62,739 nucleotides of DNA from a virus (Duplodnaviria; Caudoviricetes): the IMG/VR virus record IMGVR_UViG_3300041935_000004, positions 1-62,739 of that record. One strand, given 5' to 3'. This document shows, piece by piece, positions 56,546-62,739 of this stretch; position 1 is the first letter of the stretch, and every line of letters starts with the position of its first letter. The notes beneath the pieces are model-generated. The model had not been told where the DNA came from and ran no database searches. It worked only from the letters and a program-made list of their open reading frames with translations. A program made the position numbers and the translations under genes.

Positions 56546-57562
56546 ATGTCTCGCGAAACCATGACTTGGCTGAACACGAACACTCTCATTGGCTTCACTG
56601 AGAAGCGCGGCAATGCCTGGCACTACCGGGCCGACTCGCAGGGTGACGAGCCGAACCACTACACCGGCGCGATCCCGGCCGATGACGTCATCCGCCGACT
56701 GTTCGCATGGAACGCCATCAGCGTCCCCATCTACGTGAACGTTCCCGACTTCGGCATGATGCCGGTGGATGGTCGGCAGGCGATTGCCCGTGACGACTCC
56801 TACGCGGTGATGGGCATGTTCAAGGAGGGCTACACCATGCACCAGTACCGGGAAACCCTCATCGACAATATGGCCAACATCATCGACACGTCGAGTGGTG
56901 ACCTCGGCATCGGGTCGGCCGGTTTGCTGCGCAACGGTGCGCAGGCGTGGGTCTCAATCGAGGTGCCGGACAACATCGTGACGCCAGAGGGTGTCGAGTT
57001 CCGGCCGCATCTGTTGGCGTGCACCTCGCACGACGGTTCGCTGGCCACCACGTATAAGCGCGTGGTGACCAATGTGGTCTGTGACAACACCATGGCCGCC
57101 GGACTGGCCGAACAGGGGCAGGCGTACCGAATCAAGCATTCCAAGTACAGCAAGCTCAAGCTGAACGATGCACGGGACGCGTTAGCGATCGTTCACACCA
57201 TTGGGGACGACTTTGCGGCGGAGGTAGCGGAGTTGTGCGCGATCGACGTCAGCAACAAGGCGTGGTCGGAGTTCTTGAACGCGCACTCGCCGGTACCGGA
57301 GACGGCCGGACGGTCGCTCACCATGGCGCTGAACACCCGCGAGTCGCTCACGCAGCTCTGGAACTCCGACATCCGGGTGTCGCCGTGGCGGAACACGGCG
57401 TGGGGCGTTGTTCAGGCAGTCAACACGTACGAACACCACACCAAGACGGTCCGGGGCGCGACCCGTCCGGAACGCAACATGACCCGTGCGCTCACCGGTG
57501 GCGTGGACACTCTCGACACCGACACCATGTCGACGCTGCGAAAGGTTCTGGCCAGTGCCTGA
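56546..57562 (+). CDS. DUF932 family phage/plasmid protein
   Basis: AWH, SAGLL..G, TSHDGS, VVCDNT, KH, TAWG..QAVN. Confidence 0.88.
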   Translation: MSRETMTWLNTNTLIGFTEKRGNAWHYRADSQGDEPNHYTGAIPADDVIRRLFAWNAISVPIYVNVPDFGMMPVDGRQAIARDDSYAVMGMFKEGYTMHQYRETLIDNMANIIDTSSGDLGIGSAGLLRNGAQAWVSIEVPDNIVTPEGVEFRPHLLACTSHDGSLATTYKRVVTNVVCDNTMAAGLAEQGQAYRIKHSKYSKLKLNDARDALAIVHTIGDDFAAEVAELCAIDVSNKAWSEFLNAHSPVPETAGRSLTMALNTRESLTQLWNSDIRVSPWRNTAWGVVQAVNTYEHHTKTVRGATRPERNMTRALTGGVDTLDTDTMSTLRKVLASA

Positions 57563-57707
57563 AACTGAATCCGACCGGTGCGACCGCTGCGGTGCGACCG
57601 ACGGCAGAGCCGTTCATGTCGACTACACCGCCAGGCATGGCTTTGAAGGTCTATGCGATCCATGTCTAGACGAACTTGCCAACCGACCTAAGCACCAGAA
57701 CGTCTGA
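57555..57707 (+). CDS. Small zinc-finger protein
   Basis: CDRC...LCDPC; ends NV in the repeat motif. Confidence 0.55.
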   Translation: MPETESDRCDRCGATDGRAVHVDYTARHGFEGLCDPCLDELANRPKHQNV

Positions 57708-57810
57708 CGTCGCTTTAGCGGCCGTCGGTCACTCACCCCTACCGGTGATGCCCGACGGTCGGCTATGGCCACGTCGGGCCGCTTTCCCCTACCCCTGAAG
57801 GGAGTGGCAA

Positions 57811-57996
57811 ATGAAACACATTGAAGCGCTCGGAATCGGTGGCACCGAACGGATGCTCCGTTTTCTCCTAAACCGGATGGACCTAGAGACGCGCCGCGCT
57901 CTGATGGGGACGCTTCCGGCCGACTACATGCGGCTCTACCCGTCGGTGACGTTCGAGACGATCGCCTCCGCCGTGCGAGAGGAAGCCGCACGATGA
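57811..57996 (+). CDS. Hypothetical protein
   Basis: GGGAG RBS. Confidence 0.65.
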   Translation: MKHIEALGIGGTERMLRFLLNRMDLETRRALMGTLPADYMRLYPSVTFETIASAVREEAAR

Positions 57997-58193
57997 CGGC
58001 TTGGAACGGGGGGGACGCCGAAAAGAAGAACCCCTACAACCACGACGCGCGTCCGAGCGACGACGCCGAACCCGGCGACCACTGCAAAGACTGCGGTGAG
58101 GGCATCACGTGGATGGGACCGACGGCCGTCGAGTCGATCACCGATCCCGGCTATCACGTCGACTGGCTTCACTCCAACGACCCCCGCAACTAA
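57993..58193 (+). CDS. Hypothetical protein (HCKDCG)
   Basis: ATGA coupling. Confidence 0.65.
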   Translation: MTAWNGGDAEKKNPYNHDARPSDDAEPGDHCKDCGEGITWMGPTAVESITDPGYHVDWLHSNDPRN

Positions 58194-58215
58194 CCAACTT
58201 CGGATTGGATTGACC

Positions 58216-58554
58216 ATGACGACGCCTGACTTGAGCACCCTGACGTTCACCGTGGATCACTCGCTGACGTCCTACCAATTCGCTGACGTGCTAGCGACGC
58301 TCGTCCCGTTCGTTGACGATTCCCCGTGGCCGGAGGGTTTCAGCCGCACCACGATTATCGCGCGGGTTCGGGACGCAGTTAGAGACTGGGGCGTGACAGG
58401 CGCGGGAATGACTGAGGATGACGACTGGCCGGGTGCCTACGGGTCGGCGCCTGCCGTTCGTGCGGTGGAGTTGATCCGGGAATTCTTGCCCGAGTTGGAC
58501 AATGCCCACCTTGCCGAATTCGAGCAGACCATGCGCGAACAGGGCAAGGAATGA
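58216..58554 (+). CDS. Hypothetical protein
   Basis: ORF in array. Confidence 0.6.
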   Translation: MTTPDLSTLTFTVDHSLTSYQFADVLATLVPFVDDSPWPEGFSRTTIIARVRDAVRDWGVTGAGMTEDDDWPGAYGSAPAVRAVELIREFLPELDNAHLAEFEQTMREQGKE

Positions 58555-58790
58555 GCGCCACGTACCGGGTGCGATGGAGCACCGTCACTACCGAGTCGCA
58601 TGAGGCGACATTGAGCGCCGATGAGCTTCTCGCCCTGGCATCAAAGTTCGACGGCTCACCGGTCGCTCTGGCGGACGTCGTCGCCTATCCGGAGGACTTC
58701 AATTTGGACAACGAACTCGCGCAAGTGGAAAGCGCCGGAACGTTGGACGAGTTCAACCGGTTCGACATCACCATAGAGGAAACCTCATGA
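58551..58790 (+). CDS. Acidic hypothetical protein
   Basis: ATGA coupling. Confidence 0.65.
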   Translation: MSATYRVRWSTVTTESHEATLSADELLALASKFDGSPVALADVVAYPEDFNLDNELAQVESAGTLDEFNRFDITIEETS

Positions 58791-58886
58791 AGCTCATCGT
58801 TCTAGGCCCGAACCTACCCACTAGTACTGCCGGAAGTGCCAGCAAGTGCTTTGCGTCCCCGTTTCCTACCTGAGGAAGGCTTGACC

Positions 58887-59228
58887 ATGACCAACCTGTT
58901 CCCGGTGAAGCCGCTCACCCCCGGCGCCCCGATCATGTGGCGCCACACGGCGGGGCACGGCGAGACCGAACTGACCCGCACCGGCGTCATCTGGTCACTG
59001 GCCCCGCTCATCAGTGGCACCACCACCTTTTGGGTCACCCCGGACGAACCGTTAATGACCGACCTGTACTCCGCCATCGCGGTGAACGTGCCGAGGAAGC
59101 GGCGGGGCGGGCCGGTGCCGGTACCAGAGTCCTCGGACCACCCCGAGAGCGCCACTGGCAGCATGACGGCCGGTGCTGCCCGCGCGGCCCGTAACGTCCG
59201 CGTCTTCCAGAAAGGACTAGCAGCATGA
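58887..59228 (+). CDS. Hypothetical protein
   Basis: GAAGG RBS. Confidence 0.6.
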   Translation: MTNLFPVKPLTPGAPIMWRHTAGHGETELTRTGVIWSLAPLISGTTTFWVTPDEPLMTDLYSAIAVNVPRKRRGGPVPVPESSDHPESATGSMTAGAARAARNVRVFQKGLAA

Positions 59229-59446
59229 CTGATCAGACGTGGGGCGTGATGGGGCGTGACGCATTCATGACCCGGTTCCAGTGGATGACCCAGCAAGGCG
59301 CCATGACCCCTCACCGGGATCAGGCGTACACGGTCACCGGGCCGGACGCCAGGCAACGGGCGGAACGCCTGGCTCGACTGACCGCCGAGGCTTACCCGTA
59401 TTCGATCGAAACCAAGGCCCAACGCTTCACCACCAGAAAGGATTAG
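59225..59446 (+). CDS. Hypothetical protein
   Basis: ATGA coupling. Confidence 0.6.
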   Translation: MTDQTWGVMGRDAFMTRFQWMTQQGAMTPHRDQAYTVTGPDARQRAERLARLTAEAYPYSIETKAQRFTTRKD

Positions 59447-59451
59447 CAAGC

Positions 59452-59901
59452 ATGACCCCCGATGAAGCTTATGAAACGCTCGTCAAGCGGATGACCGGCG
59501 ACGGCGCCGACCCGATAGCCCGCGCCGCGTGGCAGGCCCTTGACGACGCGCTCAAGGGTGACGCGGACCTACCGGAGCCGTGGCTGCGGTTGACGGGGAC
59601 GTCCGCCGCGACCCGCGCCGGCCGTGACCCTCAGCAGTGGGCGAACCTGGTGAGTCAGGGCTACGCCCCGCCACCGGACGGGCGCGATGACGTGGGCCGT
59701 GCCTGGTGGCATCCAGCGACGGCGGACGCGTTCAAGGCCCACGGCTGGACCAGGCCGCGCGCACCCGGAACCCCGCCGGCGTTTAATGCCAGCCGGGAGA
59801 AGTGGATTCAGTTCGCGCTGGAGTGCGGCGGGGTCACGTACCCGCATCAGCGCCGAGACCAGATCATCGCGCTGTGCCGGGAGAACGGGTGGTTGTCGTG
59901 A
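59452..59901 (+). CDS. Hypothetical protein
   Basis: AAAGGA RBS; WQALDDAL..G..LPEPW. Confidence 0.65.
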   Translation: MTPDEAYETLVKRMTGDGADPIARAAWQALDDALKGDADLPEPWLRLTGTSAATRAGRDPQQWANLVSQGYAPPPDGRDDVGRAWWHPATADAFKAHGWTRPRAPGTPPAFNASREKWIQFALECGGVTYPHQRRDQIIALCRENGWLS

Positions 59902-60215
59902 ACTACACCGGCCGTCAGATCGACATCATGATCGAACTACTGGACGCGCAACCGTCGATGCTTCCGCTGGATGCGATGGCGGAAGCGGGCAGGCTGGAAC
60001 GCAAGGGACGCGGCGCGGTGTTCCGCCGGTGGTTCCCGTGGTGGGCGTGGGTTTTACACGCCGGTGGTGTCGCCGCGACGCAAGGCGCCTGGATCGTGGC
60101 GGTGCTGATCCACTTCACCTACGCCCGGTACCGCGTCCACCACTGGACGCACGGGGTCACCGGCCGGATCCCGCCTTCGCGACCACCACCAGGACGACGC
60201 CGATCCCGGCGATAG
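59898..60215 (+). CDS. Possible membrane protein
   Basis: GTGA coupling; hydrophobic segments. Confidence 0.5.
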   Translation: MNYTGRQIDIMIELLDAQPSMLPLDAMAEAGRLERKGRGAVFRRWFPWWAWVLHAGGVAATQGAWIVAVLIHFTYARYRVHHWTHGVTGRIPPSRPPPGRRRSRR

Positions 60216-60403
60216 GCCACAACGTCGCCTGCCAGGCCACCCACCGGGCTTTGCGCAGGCGACGTTCCTTGGCCCGCTGGTCGGCGTGGTCGGTCCACGC
60301 GGCGACCGCGCCCCGGCAGTGCCAGCCGGCCAGGTACGTGATGATCATCCCCATCACGACGAGAACCCCCACAACCCCCACCCCCAGAACGGAACCTAGA
60401 CCA

Positions 60404-60730
60404 ATGGCTAAGCCCAGCGTCACTCGCCAACCCACGACCGGCGACACCTCCGTGTTCGAATTCCGCAACGGCGCGCGGACCGCCGAAACTCTGCAAGGCG
60501 GGCTGTTGGAACTACGGCCGCAGGAAGACGGAACGCTGCGAGTCGACCTGTACCGGCTGGACCCGCGCGTAATCGTCAACGTGTCGGCGGACCCAGGCAA
60601 TGAACACGGGTCGGCGTTACAAGTGATCAGCCGGGCAATGGTCGCTGCCCGCAACGAGAACCCGGATGCGACCGAAGTCGACTACCTGAAAGCCGCTATC
60701 AACGCCGCGATGCTAGCTCTGCACTCCTGA
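60404..60730 (+). CDS. Hypothetical protein
   Basis: MAKPSVTRQ...; protein-like composition. Confidence 0.6.
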   Translation: MAKPSVTRQPTTGDTSVFEFRNGARTAETLQGGLLELRPQEDGTLRVDLYRLDPRVIVNVSADPGNEHGSALQVISRAMVAARNENPDATEVDYLKAAINAAMLALHS

Positions 60731-60765
60731 CCCCCCCCCCCCACCCCCACAACCGGAGCTAGACC

Positions 60766-60996
60766 ACGCCCAGCCCCCCCCCGGACGCTGATATTGAGTA
60801 CAACGGCACGCGCACGCCAGTCAGTTACGACGCGTTCGTCCACTTCCACCAGCCCAACGGCGCGACCCTCACGATCGACATCGACGGGGATTACGTCCAC
60901 ATCAGGGCCACCGACAGCCGGGGGCGCAAAACCGGCCTGGTTGTCACGCCGCAGGCTTTCGATGAGGTCACCGTCGGCGGGGACGTGACCGCATGA
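60766..60996 (+). CDS. 76-aa ORF with ACG at the expected start position (not in ORF track)
   Basis: GGAG-7 nt-ACG; reads ...DIEYNGTRTPVSYDAFVHF...; stop overlaps the next ATG. Confidence 0.5.
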   Translation, partial: TPSPPPDADIEYNGTRTPVSYDAFVHFHQPNGATLTIDIDGDYVHIRATDSRGRKTGLVVTPQAFDEVTVGGDVTA

Positions 60997-61205
60997 GCGA
61001 GGAATACCCCGGCGAGGTCACGATCCGCCGCACCGACAACGCCGCAGACGTCGCTTGCGAAGCCCTTGACCGGTGCCCCGAACCGGTCGCGTTCGCCCTG
61101 TGCCTGGTGGTGGACGATTACATCGCCAGTGACGACGTGACCGTGTGCGCTCACCCACGTGGGATGGGCAGTGGACCTGATGAGCAGCGAGCCGTTCCGC
61201 AGTGA
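60993..61205 (+). CDS. Hypothetical protein
   Basis: ATGA coupling. Confidence 0.5.
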   Translation: MSEEYPGEVTIRRTDNAADVACEALDRCPEPVAFALCLVVDDYIASDDVTVCAHPRGMGSGPDEQRAVPQ

Positions 61206-61217
61206 AGGAGCGTTGAC

Positions 61218-61384
61218 GTGAGCACCACCAACGCCGGATGCGTGGACGCGTGACCGGCGTCAACGCCTCGGCGATCAGCTACGTACTTCAGAAACGGCAC
61301 TAGGCTCTCGCGACGGCGGCCGTCATCTTCGGGTGCGCCGTTCAGGATCTGGTCGACGCCTACGAATTGCGGCTGACGCCCTAG
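61218..61384 (+). pseudogene. Degenerate XRE-type HTH gene
   Basis: AAGGAG RBS; frame from 61238 reads TGVNASAISYV...H*ALA...FGCAVQDL with TAG at 61301. Confidence 0.45.
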
Positions 61385-61563
61385 GCCGGCGGGGCCGGCG
61401 CGATCGCGACGATGTCTTCCACGGCCCAGCGCGTCACCCAGGAACGGCCGATGCGGACCCGGCCCAGTGGTTCGATGCGGTTGGCCCGCGCGTAGGCCGG
61501 TAGCTGGCGCGGGTCCATGTCGAGCAGGTACGCAGCCTCGGTGGAGTTCACTACTCGTTTCAT
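61381..61563 (-). CDS. Small HTH DNA-binding protein
   Basis: VNSTEAAYLLDMDPRQLPAYAR. Confidence 0.65.
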   Translation of the reverse strand: MKRVVNSTEAAYLLDMDPRQLPAYARANRIEPLGRVRIGRSWVTRWAVEDIVAIAPAPPA

Positions 61564-61577
61564 GAAAGGTTCCCCCC

Positions 61578-61874
61578 ATGACGTTGGAAGAGCGCGTGGC
61601 CGCGTTAGAGGCCCAGGTACAGGAGATCAAGCACACTCACGCCGCGCGGGTGGACGCCTTCGCCGCCGCGCAGCATCACCTTTATGAACAACTCCTAGCC
61701 TTCCAGAGCAGAACGCTTGACCTGTTCGGTGACGTCACCGACCGGTTCGACCGGGTCGATGAGCGTTTCGCAGCCGTGGATGAGCGCTTCGCCGAGGTCC
61801 GCGATGAGCTGGGCGATGTCAAGTCGACGTTGCTGGTCATCCTCGACCGGCTCCCCCGGCCCCCCGCTCCCTGA
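61578..61874 (+). CDS. Coiled-coil protein with heptad repeats (counter-oriented)
   Basis: DRFDRVDERFAAVDERFAEV. Confidence 0.65.
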   Translation: MTLEERVAALEAQVQEIKHTHAARVDAFAAAQHHLYEQLLAFQSRTLDLFGDVTDRFDRVDERFAAVDERFAEVRDELGDVKSTLLVILDRLPRPPAP

Positions 61875-61876
61875 CC

Positions 61877-62578
61877 TCACGCCCCGACTTCCGTCTCCTG
61901 ATGACGGCGTAGCCACAGGAAGTATTTGCGGTCCCACAGCGACCCGCAGTCCCGGCATCGGACGGAGTCGTCCAGGACGGGGTCGGCCCACAGTTCGTTG
62001 CCGCAGGCCAGCCCGGGTTCCCACTGTTTGGGGCATGGCCCCAGCATGACCTTGTGGGCGTTGTACCCGCACGCGCCCCACGCCTTGGCCCGCACGTCCT
62101 GTATCGCCCCGACGATGTGGGCGAGTTCGTCCGGGTCGGCCTTCGCGGCGTAGCGGTCCAGCCAGGCTTTGACGAATGTGGCGTCACGTTCAATGCCGGT
62201 GCGGGTGTCGCGGCGTTGGTGCCCGTGCATCTCGGCCGGTAGGTCGCACACGTCGCGGATGGTCTGGCGGGTGATCCACAGGACGGTGGCGATGGATAGT
62301 TGCCCGTGCTGGTCGGCCCCGGCGATCAGCCCGACCTGTGCCGGCCCCCGGAGACTGGCGATGTCCACGCGCAGGGGCAGCGGCGGGGTGCGGCTTCCCC
62401 CGACCCGTTGCTGTTCGCCTGCTTTGCCGGGCATGAGGACCGCGGCGAGGGTGCCCCACAGTTCGGGCAGGTCCGCGACGTCGGCGACGGTTCGCCCGGC
62501 GCAGCGTCCGCACCAGCCGGGCAGGTCGGTCCCGTCGCGGGAGGCCCAGCCGCAGATGCCGCAGTGACGGGCGTTCAC
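61877..62578 (-). CDS. Cys-rich phage protein, possible late transcription regulator
   Basis: CxxC pairs at both ends, SRTPPLP; end of the replication operon; function is inference. Confidence 0.65.
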   Translation of the reverse strand: MNARHCGICGWASRDGTDLPGWCGRCAGRTVADVADLPELWGTLAAVLMPGKAGEQQRVGGSRTPPLPLRVDIASLRGPAQVGLIAGADQHGQLSIATVLWITRQTIRDVCDLPAEMHGHQRRDTRTGIERDATFVKAWLDRYAAKADPDELAHIVGAIQDVRAKAWGACGYNAHKVMLGPCPKQWEPGLACGNELWADPVLDDSVRCRDCGSLWDRKYFLWLRRHQETEVGA

Positions 62579-62581
62579 GGT

Positions 62582-62739
62582 CGCGCTCCGCAGGTGCGGC
62601 AGCCGGGGCAGTCGCCCACGTGGGTTTCTTCGTAGATCAGGCGGACGCGCTGGGCTTCGGACTCGGGGAACACCGGGTTGTCCTGGGAGTGGTAGACGGT
62701 TCCGCAGTGGCCGCAGCGCACGGTCAGGCTCCAGTCGTT
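62582..62739 (+). repeat. Terminal direct repeat, right copy
   Basis: Matches 1-158 with one mismatch. Confidence 0.97.

Larger units (their letters stand above)
1..62739. mobile_element. Complete temperate siphovirus genome, probably an actinobacteriophage
   Basis: Full head, tail, lysis, integration and replication gene set in siphovirus order; terminal overlap; high GC. Confidence 0.95.

Noticed and set aside
60157-60354. Minus-strand membrane ORF (MGMIITYLAG...)
   Set aside because: Overlaps a plus-strand gene end inside a plus-strand array; plausible but not supportable from sequence alone
61301-61303. Genome-wide amber stop recoding
   Set aside because: TAG ends many intact genes here and core genes are uninterrupted; no suppressor tRNA seen
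62582-62739. Biological terminal repeat marking physical genome ends
   Set aside because: It falls inside a gene far from the packaging module, so it is more likely an assembly overlap; the single mismatch may be a variant or an error

Overview
The window appears to be a complete ~62.6 kb genome of a high-GC temperate siphovirus, most likely infecting Actinobacteria. Bases 1-158 repeat at 62582-62739 with one mismatch, and an ORF reads through the join, so the assembly is circular (unit length ~62,581 bp). Minus strand: virion operon (HNH, TerS, TerL, portal, MuF-like, scaffold, decoration, major capsid, GT25-like glycosyltransferase, collagen-like fibre plus three paralogues, head-tail connectors, major tail, frameshifted tail chaperones, 2125-aa tape measure, minor tail), lysis cassette, tyrosine integrase with a probable attP, and a replication module (Prim-Pol/helicase, SSB-like, Cas4-like nuclease, resolvase). 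Plus strand: an array of small early genes (54.6-61.4 kb, including DUF932) and several counter-oriented inserts, one a CsrA homologue. The most unusual signals are (i) three intergenic tRNA-like RNAs with a T-arm and acceptor-type stem but non-tRNA interiors, (ii) a palindrome (consensus ACGTC-T-GACGT) containing the stop codon of six early genes, with long intergenic hairpins, (iii) a fibre family sharing a short motif next to a glycosyltransferase, (iv) phage CsrA, and (v) a 12-bp palindromic repeat array with an AT-rich tract at the strand switch. All calls come from reading motifs by eye; no database searches or folding programs were run, and many start codons are my estimates.
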